From: Candidatus Elulimicrobiales bacterium
GTDB taxonomy: Bacteria > Patescibacteriota > Minisyncoccia > Phycocordibacterales > UBA5272
Assembly: GCA_034927475.1 (NCBI GenBank)
Contig: JAYFPW010000002.1
Coordinates: 117,003 to 181,002 of the forward strand
Direction of reading: 5' to 3'
DNA: 64,000 bases
Each line of letters begins with the position of its first letter. Position 1 is the first letter of the stretch. The notes beneath the pieces are model-generated. The model saw nothing but the letters and a program-made list of their open reading frames with translations. It ran no database searches and was not told where the DNA came from. Below are positions 47,131-56,039 of the stretch, piece after piece. The position numbers and the translations under genes were made by a program.

Positions 47131-48273
47131 ACTAAAATTTCTTATATCGTATAAATCGTCTTCCCTTTCCTGAAAATCACGTATCTCTTGTTTACTTCTG
47201 TCATCTTCTAATTTAAAATCACTTATATCTTCTAAATTTTCTGAAGCATTACCTGTTTGAATACTAATAGAATTAGCAATTTCTTTTAGAGTATTATTTT
47301 CTTGATGATTTAAAACTGGTATAGTGCTTTCGCTATTTCGGTTATTTAAAATTTCTTCTCCTAACACACTCTCTCTTGTATTAATATTTTCTTCAACTAA
47401 ACCCATTTCTTTTTTGATTTTATCAAACATCCCTTCGTGAACCTTTTCAGTACCAATTTTCTTTATTAATCCCGCTAAAGCCAAAAGTTCATCATGAGAA
47501 AAATAATCAATAGTAATCTTTCCACCTTTTTCTTTTGGTTCAATAGAGACTCTGGTTCCTAAACTTTCAGCTAATTTTTTTTCTAAATCTATAACTTCCG
47601 GATTTGAAACTAAAGATTTTTTTCTGACTTTTTCTAAAGCTACCCTTCTAGCCAGTCCTTCCGCTTCACGAACGGTCATTTTTCTCATGAGCATTTCTTT
47701 GAAAAGTGTGATCTGCTCATCTGGTTTATCGACAAGCATTAAAAGAGGTCTAGTATGTCCTTCAGAAATTTTTCCATCTACTAAAGCATCTAAAATTTCT
47801 TGAGGAAGCATTAAAATACGAACTGTATTAGAAACATATTCCCTACTTTTTCCAACTTTTTTTCCTATATCTGCCCAATTAAGTTTAAACTCATCTGCGA
47901 GTTGTTGAAACGATTTTGCTCTATCAACAGCATTCAAATCCTCTCTCTGAATATTTTCAATAATAGCTAATTCCAGCTTGGCTCTATTATCATCACCAAC
48001 ACGAACAACACAAGGCACCTCTCTAACTCCAGCAAGTTTTGAAGCGCGAAGCCTTCTTTCCCCTGCAATAAGTTCATAAGCTACAGAAATTGAGCCGTCA
48101 TCATGAGAATCTTCTCTTCTGGTAACTACAAGTGGTTGCAAAACTCCATATTGACGAATACTTTCAGCAAGATCTTTTAAATTACGCTCATCAAATTCAC
48201 GACGAGGTTGATATGGATTTGGTTGTATTTTATCTGTCTCTATCCAAAAGACCGCATTTTGTAATTCAGCCAT
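47125..48273 (-). CDS. parB: ParB/Spo0J-family partition protein with an acidic C-terminal extension of about 120 aa. No parA is adjacent.
   Basis: The ParB box GERRLRASKLAG, an HTH region, the Spo0J-like dimerisation segment LEKKLAESLGTRVSIEPKEKGGKITIDY, and an acidic tail. Confidence 0.8.
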   Translation of the reverse strand: MAELQNAVFWIETDKIQPNPYQPRREFDERNLKDLAESIRQYGVLQPLVVTRREDSHDDGSISVAYELIAGERRLRASKLAGVREVPCVVRVGDDNRAKLELAIIENIQREDLNAVDRAKSFQQLADEFKLNWADIGKKVGKSREYVSNTVRILMLPQEILDALVDGKISEGHTRPLLMLVDKPDEQITLFKEMLMRKMTVREAEGLARRVALEKVRKKSLVSNPEVIDLEKKLAESLGTRVSIEPKEKGGKITIDYFSHDELLALAGLIKKIGTEKVHEGMFDKIKKEMGLVEENINTRESVLGEEILNNRNSESTIPVLNHQENNTLKEIANSISIQTGNASENLEDISDFKLEDDRSKQEIRDFQEREDDLYDIRNFSL

Positions 48274-48349
48274 AAATTTAAAGATTATTTATGGAAATAT
48301 TATAGCATGGAAAACTTTCTAAAATATGCTAAAATGTGTGCATAAAAAC

Positions 48350-48430
48350 GCCGAAGTGGTGGAATGGTATACACGTGCGACTCAAAATCGCATGCCTCAC
48401 GGCTTGTGGGTTCAAGTCCCACCTTCGGCA
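48350..48430 (+). tRNA. tRNA-Leu (anticodon CAA), type II
   Basis: Acceptor GCCGAAG/CTTCGGC, anticodon stem TGCGA/TCGCA with loop CTCAAAA, a long variable arm, T arm GTGGG-TTCAAGT-CCCAC. Confidence 0.85.
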
Positions 48431-48480
48431 CTAAAAATATTTAAAATGACTTTTTTAGAAATAATTGCTATATTTTAAAT

Positions 48481-49203
48481 ATGAAAAACAGCCGGATAAA
48501 AGTAAAAAAATGGTTAAAAGTTGGCATTTCAATATTAGCTATATTCTTAGTTTTATTTTTTGCCATTTCTTTAATTGTCTATTTTTATATATCTAACTAT
48601 TCCAAAGAATTTATTTATGATAGCGCAGCTTCTATACCAAAAAATAAAGCTGGTCTAGTCTTAGGAACTTCCCCTGTCACCAAAGCTGGATCTTTAAATT
48701 TATTTTTTATAAATAGAATGACCGCAACTAAAGATTTATTGGATGCAGAAAAAATAGATTATGCTATTGTTTCGGGGGATAATAGAACAGTGGCTTATAA
48801 CGAGCCAAAGTATATGAAAAATTATTTGCTTAAATTGAATGTGGATGAGCACGCTATTGTTTCAGATTATGCCGGAAGAAGAACTTTGGATTCTGTTTTA
48901 AGAAGTAATGAAGTTTTTAATCAAAATGAGATAACTATCATTTCTCAAAAATATCACAACGAAAGAGCAATTTTTATTGCTAGGAAAAATGGCATAAACG
49001 CTGTAGCTTATAACGCAAAATATCCTTTTGAAAAATTTTCTGACAATATTTATATTAATGCCAAGAACTTTCTAAGAGAAATTTTAGCAAGAGATTTAGC
49101 TGTTATAGATATTTTAACCCACAAGAGACCAGCGATTTTAGGAAATAGTATAGAAATAGAAAATGAGAAAATTGAAGGAGTAAAGAGATTGATTTTAGAG
49201 TAA
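48481..49203 (+). CDS. SanA/YdcF (DUF218) family membrane-anchored protein
   Basis: An N-terminal TM helix plus ...GLVLGTS......FINRM..TKDLL.......IVSGDN....YNEP..M..YL..., which matches the DUF218/SanA core. Confidence 0.6.
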   Translation: MKNSRIKVKKWLKVGISILAIFLVLFFAISLIVYFYISNYSKEFIYDSAASIPKNKAGLVLGTSPVTKAGSLNLFFINRMTATKDLLDAEKIDYAIVSGDNRTVAYNEPKYMKNYLLKLNVDEHAIVSDYAGRRTLDSVLRSNEVFNQNEITIISQKYHNERAIFIARKNGINAVAYNAKYPFEKFSDNIYINAKNFLREILARDLAVIDILTHKRPAILGNSIEIENEKIEGVKRLILE

Positions 49204-49207
49204 AAAT

Positions 49208-50137
49208 ATGGATAAATCTTTACCGAAAATTTATGTGATTATTGGGCCTACTGCTAGTGGTAAAAGTGATGTTGCTGTAGAGCTTGCAAAAAAAGTGAAA
49301 GGAGAAATTGTCTCAGTTGATTCCAGGCAAGTTTTTAAACACTTTGATATTGGTTCCGGGAAAATTACTAAAAAAGAAATGAAAGGTGTAAAACATTATT
49401 GTCTTGATATTGTTGACCCTGTTAAATATTCTAAAAAATATAAAAAAAATGGAGAGACTTTTTCAGTTCAAGAATATTTAAAATACGCCAATAAAGCTAT
49501 AAAAGAAATTTTAAAGAAAAAGAAAACTCCCATTCTTTGTGGTGGAACTGGATTCTATATCGACGCTATTCTGTATGGTTTACCAAAAAATGCAAAACCA
49601 AATCCTCTACTTCGCACTCTTCTTGAAAAAGAAGATTTAAAATCTTTACTTACTAGAATTAAAAAATTAAATAAAGAAAAATATTTAGAGCTAACAAAAA
49701 ATGAAAATCCAAGTGAAAGAAATAACAAAAGAAGACTAATTAGAATAATAGAAATCTTAGAAGCTAAAAAATCTGAAAATAAAATTCCTGAAATTTCTAA
49801 ACGAAATACTAAATTAAAATACGAGCCAGAATTTATTTTTATAGAAAAAACAAACGAAGAAATTAGGGAAAGAATTAATTTAAGATTAAAGAAAAGACTA
49901 GAAGGAAAAGGTAAAAATAATCTTATAAATGAAATTAAATTTTTAAGAAATGAATTAAAACTTGATGATAAATGGCTTCTTTCTTTAGGTTTAGAATACA
50001 AATATGTGACTCGATATCTTCGCAGAGAACTCACCTATGAAGAGATGATTGAAACTCTACAAAACAAAATTTGGCAGTTCGCTAAGAGGCAAATTTTATG
50101 GAATAAGAGGTATAAAAATGCTATAATAGCCAAATAA
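49208..50137 (+). CDS. miaA: tRNA dimethylallyltransferase
   Basis: The P-loop IYVIIGPTASGKSDVAVELAKK, SVDSRQV, and CGGTGFYIDAILYG. Confidence 0.85.
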   Translation: MDKSLPKIYVIIGPTASGKSDVAVELAKKVKGEIVSVDSRQVFKHFDIGSGKITKKEMKGVKHYCLDIVDPVKYSKKYKKNGETFSVQEYLKYANKAIKEILKKKKTPILCGGTGFYIDAILYGLPKNAKPNPLLRTLLEKEDLKSLLTRIKKLNKEKYLELTKNENPSERNNKRRLIRIIEILEAKKSENKIPEISKRNTKLKYEPEFIFIEKTNEEIRERINLRLKKRLEGKGKNNLINEIKFLRNELKLDDKWLLSLGLEYKYVTRYLRRELTYEEMIETLQNKIWQFAKRQILWNKRYKNAIIAK

Positions 50138-50139
50138 TT

Positions 50140-51639
50140 ATGGAAAATAAATACTATATAACTATTGGGCTTGAAATACATGCAGAGTTAAAAACGAACA
50201 GTAAAATGTTCTGTTCTTGTGCAAATGTCCCCCTAGAAGACTCTCCTAACAAAAATGTCTGTCCTATTTGTATGGCTCACCCTGGAACACTGCCTGTTTT
50301 AAATAAAGAAGCTATTAAAAAAATGATTGAGATTGGTCTCTATATTAAAGCAAATATCGCCGACTTCACTGAATGGGATAGAAAACATTATTTTTATCCA
50401 GATATTCCAAAAGCTTATCAATTAACTCAATATAAATACCCTATTGTCTCTGGTGGAGCAATAAATAATTGGCCTTTGACTCGTATTCATTTAGAAGAAG
50501 ACACAGCCAAATCTACTCACGATCAAGGAGATCATACTCTTATAGATTTTAATCGTTCTGGAGTGCCACTTATGGAATTAGTAACCGAGCCACAGACTTT
50601 TGACGATATTGAAATAGCGGCGAAAGCTTGTAGCGACTTTGCAAAAGAATTACAACTTATTTTAAGAACTTTAGACGCGAGTGAAGCAGAAATGAGTAAA
50701 GGCCAAATGAGAATTGAAGTAAATTTATCTGTCACTCAAGATAAAAATAAATTTGGTACAAAAGTTGAAGTTAAAAATATTAACTCTTTCAAATCGGTAG
50801 AAGATTCTGTACGTTTTGAAGCTAAAAGACATATTGAATTAAACGAAGCTGGCAAGAAAGATGAAATAGTTCAAGAAACTAGAGGTTTTGAAGAAAATAA
50901 AAGAATCACTGTCAGTCAAAGAAAAAAAGAATCTGCTAATGATTATAAATATTTTCCAGATCCAGATCTCCCAAAACTGTATTTACACACTCTCTTTGAT
51001 CTAAAATCTATAGAAGAATCTTTACCGGAAAGACTTCCAGAAATAAGACAAAATCTTAAAGATGCTGGAGTAAAAGAAGAGTATGTCGAATTACTTTTAA
51101 ATAACACTATCTTATTCAAATATTTTGACGAAGTAAAAAAAGAAATCGAGAATCATGATTTCTCAAAAGAGAAAATTAATAAATTAATTAATTTATCCGT
51201 CAATTATATTTGTGTGGATGTTTCCTCTATTTTACAAAAAAGTAATACTGAAAACTTGGTTCACTTTGTAGATGAAGGAGATTTTGTAGAAATTATGGAA
51301 ATGCTTCTAGAAAATGAACTTTCTAGTCGTGGAGCTAAAGATTTAATCACTTTTATGATGACAGAATTATCAAATGAAAAAATGCTTGAAATGGCAGAAA
51401 ATGATATGTCAGCTAGAGAAATTGCGGAAATGAAAGGTCTCATACAAAAAAATGATAAAGAAAGTTTGGAGAAGATTTTAAATACAGTAATAGAAAATAA
51501 TAAAGAACAGTGGGAAGCTTTAAAAAACGGAAACGAAAAATTAATAATGTTTTTTGTTGGACAAGCTATGAAAGAAGCTAAAGGTTCTGGAAATCCTCAA
51601 TTATTTACTGAAATTATTAAAGAAAAATCCTTAAATTAG
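50140..51639 (+). CDS. gatB: Aspartyl/glutamyl-tRNA amidotransferase subunit B
   Basis: YYITIGLEIHAELKTNSKMFC...CPICMAHPGTLPVLN, and the C-terminal GatB/YqeY domain (...FFVGQAMKEAKGSGNPQ). Confidence 0.9.
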   Translation: MENKYYITIGLEIHAELKTNSKMFCSCANVPLEDSPNKNVCPICMAHPGTLPVLNKEAIKKMIEIGLYIKANIADFTEWDRKHYFYPDIPKAYQLTQYKYPIVSGGAINNWPLTRIHLEEDTAKSTHDQGDHTLIDFNRSGVPLMELVTEPQTFDDIEIAAKACSDFAKELQLILRTLDASEAEMSKGQMRIEVNLSVTQDKNKFGTKVEVKNINSFKSVEDSVRFEAKRHIELNEAGKKDEIVQETRGFEENKRITVSQRKKESANDYKYFPDPDLPKLYLHTLFDLKSIEESLPERLPEIRQNLKDAGVKEEYVELLLNNTILFKYFDEVKKEIENHDFSKEKINKLINLSVNYICVDVSSILQKSNTENLVHFVDEGDFVEIMEMLLENELSSRGAKDLITFMMTELSNEKMLEMAENDMSAREIAEMKGLIQKNDKESLEKILNTVIENNKEQWEALKNGNEKLIMFFVGQAMKEAKGSGNPQLFTEIIKEKSLN

Positions 51640-51655
51640 AATTGTTAAATTCTGT

Positions 51656-51684
51656 TTGACGTAACAAAATTACTTTGTTATATT
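51656..51684 (+). promoter_or_regulatory. Sigma-70-like promoter TTGACG-17-TATATT driving a short orphan transcript
   Basis: TTGACGtaacaaaattactttgtTATATT. No + strand gene lies downstream before the terminator at 51849-51882. Confidence 0.35.
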
Positions 51685-51691
51685 GTTTGTC

Positions 51692-51848
51692 CTCGAGAGA
51701 AATAGTTCTTTTTTTAAAAATCATTAAACTTGTTAAATCATGACGAGAATTTACTGGGAAACCTATCCAATTAACCTCCCTGTTCCACAAAAACCGGCTG
51801 AACCAATACGTGACGGAAGTTATTTTGGATAACAGTGTTTAAAAGGTT
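51692..51848 (+). ncRNA. Candidate small RNA (about 190 nt from the predicted TSS to the terminator hairpin at 51849-51882). It contains a 30-codon ORF, MTRIYWETYPINLPVPQKPAEPIRDGSYFG at 51740-51832, with no SD.
   Basis: It is bracketed by a consensus-like promoter and a strong intrinsic terminator. The GC content is elevated relative to flanking DNA. A CCUCC-containing segment (AACCTCCCTG) is present. Confidence 0.25.
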
Positions 51849-51882
51849 GACTGCTTTGCTTAGCGAAGCAGTCTTTTTTTTA
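51849..51882 (+). terminator. Rho-independent terminator (11-bp stem and T9 run). It directly abuts the obg stop on the opposite strand.
   Basis: GACTGCTTTGC tta GCGAAGCAGTC TTTTTTTTT. Confidence 0.65.
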
Positions 51883-52932
51883 ATTTGTACTGAGAATGTT
51901 AAATAATTTCTTTTCAAATTCTTTTACTGATTCATCATCAAAAAGTGAAAGTAAAATAATATCTTCTTTCTTTTGTTTAGAAGCTTTAGCAAGATCGGAA
52001 ACTTTTTTTGCTAATTCTTTCTGTGCCTCGCTGGAGCTGGCGAAAGCTGGATTATCTTTCAATTCATCTATTTTAGATAAAATTATAATTTCTTTCTTTT
52101 TGGCAAGTTCATTATCTTTAGTACTTAAAAGATTATCTTCTTTATTTTTATTGTCGTAATTTTTCAATTCTTCTCGAATAGTCTTATAAGCTAATTTTAC
52201 ATCTTCATTTTCTACAGAAACTAAATGAAAAAGTATTCTAGTACGAGAAATGTGTTTTAAAAATTTATATCCTAAACCTTTGCCTTCGCTAGCTCCTTCG
52301 ATGAGCCCCGGAATATCTGCTAGAATAAATTTTTGATAAGCTCCAAGATTTGGTTCAAGTGTTGTAAATGCATAATTACCAATCTTAGCTTTACTATTGG
52401 TTAATATATTTAAAATAGAACTTTTCCCGGCATTTGGTAAACCGATAAAGCCTGCATCAGCAATGAGTTTTAACTCTATTTCTAAAACAGCGTCTTCTCC
52501 TCTTTCCCCTTTTGTAAATTGTTCTGGAGCTTGATTGGTAGAAGTTTTAAAATTTTCATTACCAAGCCCACCTTTTCCCCCTCTTAAAATTAAAATTTCT
52601 TCTCCTACTTTATCACATTCATATTTTATATCGTATGTTTTGTTATAAACTAAAGATCCAGCTGGTATGCGAAGATAAAGATCTTCTGCTCCGTGCCCAT
52701 GCATGCTTCTCTTTTTACCAGCTTCGCCATTTTCCGCTGACCATTCTTTTTTGTTTTTATAGTCATCTAAAGCTTGAATATCTTGAACAACACGCAGATA
52801 AACATCTCCACCTTTACCACCATCACCTCCAGCTGGCCCACCATAAGGAATACCTTTTTCTCTCCTCCAGCGTACAACACCGTCTCCACCATTTCCAGCC
52901 TTTACATTTATAACTATGTGATCGATTAACAT
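51880..52932 (-). CDS. obg: GTPase Obg/CgtA (Obg fold plus G domain with a low-complexity insertion between G3 and G4; no OCT domain)
   Basis: The Obg N-terminus MLIDHIVINVKAGNGGDGVVRWRREK, and the GTPase motifs G1 GLPNAGKSS, G3 DIPGLIEGA and G4 SKID. Confidence 0.9.
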   Translation of the reverse strand: MLIDHIVINVKAGNGGDGVVRWRREKGIPYGGPAGGDGGKGGDVYLRVVQDIQALDDYKNKKEWSAENGEAGKKRSMHGHGAEDLYLRIPAGSLVYNKTYDIKYECDKVGEEILILRGGKGGLGNENFKTSTNQAPEQFTKGERGEDAVLEIELKLIADAGFIGLPNAGKSSILNILTNSKAKIGNYAFTTLEPNLGAYQKFILADIPGLIEGASEGKGLGYKFLKHISRTRILFHLVSVENEDVKLAYKTIREELKNYDNKNKEDNLLSTKDNELAKKKEIIILSKIDELKDNPAFASSSEAQKELAKKVSDLAKASKQKKEDIILLSLFDDESVKEFEKKLFNILSTN

Positions 52933-53005
52933 ATATTTACTAGAAATAATAACACAAAAACACTGAAATATAAAGATATTTCAGTGTTTTAAATTTTAAA
53001 ATATT

Positions 53006-54040
53006 TTATTGAAAATATTCTTTACAATAAGGATTTCCAATATTAGTTGGGCAATACATCATTGTACAATACATCGGTCCTCCTGATATACTTCTTCCGC
53101 AAGAATTACATCCATCAAACCAGCTTTTACAGTTATAAGGTGCTTCATTAGGAATTGGATTTTCCACTTTTACAGTCTGAGTAGTCTCTGTTGTCTGTCC
53201 ATTTGAGGATTTAACTTTAACAACGACTGTATAAACTCCAGCATTCGTATATGTGTGTTCAAAAGTACTTCCTTGCGCAAAAGAACTTGCGTAAGAGTTT
53301 GTTTCGTATAAAATTTTATAAACCCCTTCATCACCCCAAACAATTTCATAAGTTAAATAAGAATTGTCTGAGACGCTAGCTGAAATTGACCATTTTCCAA
53401 CTTCTCCTACTTTAAGATTTGTGGGCCCTGAAATTGAATGAATTACAGGTTTAGAGACGGTAGAATCTGTAAAATATTCTATACATCTTGGTTTGTGGGC
53501 CGCGAACCAAGCTTCATCACCACCTTGAATACACATCATTTTTGTACAAGCGAGAGGTCCTCCTAGTGTACCTCTATGGCAAGTATTACATCCGTCATAC
53601 CAAACCTTACAATTTTTTGGAGCTTCATTTGTTCCAGGATCTATTACGATTGGTGGAACCGGAGGAGTGTAACACGCTTTACTATTGATAGAAGCTCTAG
53701 TAAGTGGTCCAAAATATCCGGTTGTTATAATACCATTGTCTTTTTGAAAAGCTCTAACAGCATTAAAAGTTACAGAACCAAAATATCCAGTTGAATAATG
53801 GTCAAAGTAACCATGTTCACGAAGTTTGTCTTGTAAAGTTGTAACATCTCCTGACCTCATACCCATCCTTAGATTTCTTGAAAATGAATTACAAAATCTT
53901 AGTGGAGCGTCAGCAGAAACATTAGAAATTACAGTATTAGCATTAGAAGTCGAAGGGATTATAGTTTGAGCGGTTACTAAACTATAAATTAAACCTCCAA
54001 AAACTAGAAAACTAAAAACAAAAATTAATTTCTTTTTCAT
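53006..54040 (-). CDS. Secreted protein with, in order: a signal peptide, a peptidoglycan-binding domain (PG_binding_1-like), a 6-Cys module, a PKD domain, and a second 6-Cys module
   Basis: The signal peptide MKKKLIFVFSFLVFGGLIYSLVTAQ; the PG-binding region LRMGMRSGDVTTLQDKLREHGYF...FGSVTFNAVRAFQKDNGI; the PKD motifs IVWGDEG and HTYTNAGVYTVVVKVKSSNG; and the repeated module NCK-W-DGCN-C-R----GGP--CT-M-C ... C-EYF, present twice. Confidence 0.6.
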   Translation of the reverse strand: MKKKLIFVFSFLVFGGLIYSLVTAQTIIPSTSNANTVISNVSADAPLRFCNSFSRNLRMGMRSGDVTTLQDKLREHGYFDHYSTGYFGSVTFNAVRAFQKDNGIITTGYFGPLTRASINSKACYTPPVPPIVIDPGTNEAPKNCKVWYDGCNTCHRGTLGGPLACTKMMCIQGGDEAWFAAHKPRCIEYFTDSTVSKPVIHSISGPTNLKVGEVGKWSISASVSDNSYLTYEIVWGDEGVYKILYETNSYASSFAQGSTFEHTYTNAGVYTVVVKVKSSNGQTTETTQTVKVENPIPNEAPYNCKSWFDGCNSCGRSISGGPMYCTMMYCPTNIGNPYCKEYFQ

Positions 54041-54151
54041 ATTTATTTATTTTATTGATAAAAAGATACAACTTCATTGTAGCACCACAATAAAAAAGAG
54101 CAATAAATTTGTTAAAAAAATTAACCTTCGAAAACGTAAGATTTTTAAATC

Positions 54152-54180
54152 TTGACATATTAGTATATTTTATATATAAT
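54152..54180 (+). promoter_or_regulatory. Perfect-consensus sigma-70 promoter TTGACA-17-TATAAT
   Basis: TTGACAtattagtatattttataTATAAT, lying 35 nt upstream of a 55-codon membrane ORF. Confidence 0.35.
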
Positions 54181-54214
54181 ATAGAAAGATACGCACCTAA
54201 AAATATAAATAATA

Positions 54215-54382
54215 ATGAAAAAGTTATTGACCTGGTTAGTTATTCTCATAGTTATTTTGATATTTCTTTTGAGAAATTTCGAGCTAACCCAATTGGAGGT
54301 ACAAAAAATTACCCCCTTTTTAATTATTTTTATCTTAATATTAGTCGTTCGCGGCTTTTATTGGATAGCAAAAGGAAAATAA
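54215..54382 (+). CDS. Candidate 55-aa two-TM membrane peptide MKKLLTWLVILIVILIFLLRNFELTQLEVQKITPFLIIFILILVVRGFYWIAKGK
   Basis: It lies between a perfect-consensus promoter and the bidirectional terminator at 54388-54420. It is below the ORF-track length cutoff. Confidence 0.25.
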   Translation: MKKLLTWLVILIVILIFLLRNFELTQLEVQKITPFLIIFILILVVRGFYWIAKGK

Positions 54383-54387
54383 AATTA

Positions 54388-54420
54388 AAAAACCGACATA
54401 TTTTATATGTCGGTTTTTAT
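54388..54420. terminator. Bidirectional hairpin terminator. It is the rpoD 3-prime terminator on the minus strand.
   Basis: AAACCGACATA ttttt TATGTCGGTTT with a flanking T-run. Confidence 0.6.
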
Positions 54421-54426
54421 CTTATT

Positions 54427-55926
54427 TTAGAAATTTTTTAATCTATAAGCTTTTTCGTGATCACGAATTTTTTCGTGCACCTTGGCTTCAATTTGACGAA
54501 TTCTTTCTCTAGTCACCTGAAATTCTTCCCCTACTTCTTCTAGTGTATGCATAACTCCATTATAAATTCCAAGACCATTTCTCATTTCTACAATTTTTCT
54601 TTCTTTTTCAGAAAGGTCCATCAAAATTTCATTAATCTGATCCGCTAAAATTCTTCTAGAAGCTTCTTGATCTGGAGAAAGAATTTTATCATCGAAAACA
54701 AATTCTCCCAGTGAGGATTTGTCATCATCATCTCCAGTTGGCTTTTCTAGAGACAAAGTCTCTTGATCGATATTTTCTATGACGTGAATTTTTTCCACAT
54801 CGACACCCATTTCGTCTGCAATTTCTTCAGATAAAGGCTCTCTTCCTAAATCTTGAGAAAGTCTTCTTAAGACTTGTTTGTATTTAGCGATAGTTTCTAC
54901 CATATGCACTGGAATACGAATGGTACGAGATTGATCTGCTAGGGCACGAGTTATACCTTGGCGAATCCACCAACAAGCATAGGTTGAAAATTTATAACCT
55001 TTACTGAAGTCATATTTTTCTACCGCTTTATAGAGTCCAAGATTTCCTTCTTGAATTAAGTCTAAAAGTGTAAGATTTGGACTTCTACCAACATATTTTT
55101 TAGCAAAAGTTACAACTAGTCTAAGATTTGATTTCATTAAAATACTTTTTGCTTCGTCGTCACCCATTTCAATCCTTTTAGCTAATTCTTTTTCTTCCTC
55201 TGAAGTTAAAAGTGGATACTGTCCTATTTCTTTTAAATAAATTTGAATACTATCTCTACCAGATTCATCTCCACCAAGTTTATTCAAATCCTCATCCATA
55301 TCGAGAAGATTACTACCGTCTAAGACATCTACTCCTGCTATAGAAAGTTTTTCATACAATTCATCTAAATATGAAATATCTCTTTCTAAATCTGGAAAGA
55401 TTTTTATAATATCATCATAAGTGATAAAACCTCTTTCCTTACCTTTTTTAATTATTTCATTTTCTTTTTCGAGACGATTTTCTTCAGTTTTTGTTAGTCT
55501 AGTTTTAACTTTAACTTTTTTCTTGTCTCTTTCTATTTTAGCTTTATTTTTTTCGATTCTTTTTTGTCTCTCTTTTTTATCTTTAGCGTTTTTAATTTCT
55601 CTTCTTTTTTTCTCTTCAATCTTTTCTTTAGCAGAAAGAGATCTCATATCAATAAATTTTTTAGTAGAAGTTTTAGCTATTTTTTTGGTACTATTTTTTT
55701 TACCAACCTTTTTGGCAGCAGGTTTTTTAATTATTTTTTTTGTTTTCTTTTCAGAAACTTCTTTAGGAATAGTTTTTTTAACTATTTTTTTAACTGTTTT
55801 TTTAGTTGTCTTATTGGTAGTCTTATTTTTTTCTTTCTTTACACTTTTTTTAATAGGAGAAGTTTTTGTTTTTTTCTTTATAATAACTTTCTTTTTTGGG
55901 GCGGTTTTTTTTGTGTTTTTTTTCAT
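54427..55926 (-). CDS. rpoD: RNA polymerase primary sigma factor (sigma-70 family) with an N-terminal lysine-rich, histone H1-like extension of about 190 aa
   Basis: Region 2 [30 protein letters not shown]; region 3; region 4.2 [23 protein letters not shown]. The N-terminus is made of K/T/P-rich repeats ([11 protein letters not shown]...). Confidence 0.9.
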   Translation of the reverse strand: MKKNTKKTAPKKKVIIKKKTKTSPIKKSVKKEKNKTTNKTTKKTVKKIVKKTIPKEVSEKKTKKIIKKPAAKKVGKKNSTKKIAKTSTKKFIDMRSLSAKEKIEEKKRREIKNAKDKKERQKRIEKNKAKIERDKKKVKVKTRLTKTEENRLEKENEIIKKGKERGFITYDDIIKIFPDLERDISYLDELYEKLSIAGVDVLDGSNLLDMDEDLNKLGGDESGRDSIQIYLKEIGQYPLLTSEEEKELAKRIEMGDDEAKSILMKSNLRLVVTFAKKYVGRSPNLTLLDLIQEGNLGLYKAVEKYDFSKGYKFSTYACWWIRQGITRALADQSRTIRIPVHMVETIAKYKQVLRRLSQDLGREPLSEEIADEMGVDVEKIHVIENIDQETLSLEKPTGDDDDKSSLGEFVFDDKILSPDQEASRRILADQINEILMDLSEKERKIVEMRNGLGIYNGVMHTLEEVGEEFQVTRERIRQIEAKVHEKIRDHEKAYRLKNF

Positions 55927-56039
55927 GTAAAATATTTTATTTACTAAAAAATTTATAAAGTTGCAACCACGAACACGCTCTTGTCAAATTTTTTACAGTA
56001 TACTTCTTTTTTAAAAAAGAAGCAAGTCTTTTTAAGATT

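Noticed and set aside
52635-52913. A His-rich 92-aa + strand ORF opposite obg
   Set aside because: It is antisense to the well-supported obg gene. It has a low-complexity H/L composition and no promoter or terminator context.
54109-54441. A 110-aa + strand ORF in the intergenic region upstream of rpoD's 3-prime end
   Set aside because: It runs through the perfect-consensus promoter and the terminator hairpin and into rpoD antisense. The 55-codon ORF in another frame, sitting between promoter and terminator, is the better candidate.
55421-55947. Two long + strand ORFs (169 aa and 127 aa) rich in F/L/S and opposite rpoD
   Set aside because: These are antisense reading frames through the A-rich (Lys-codon) N-terminal region of rpoD. 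Their low-complexity poly-Phe/Leu translation is an artefact of T-runs.
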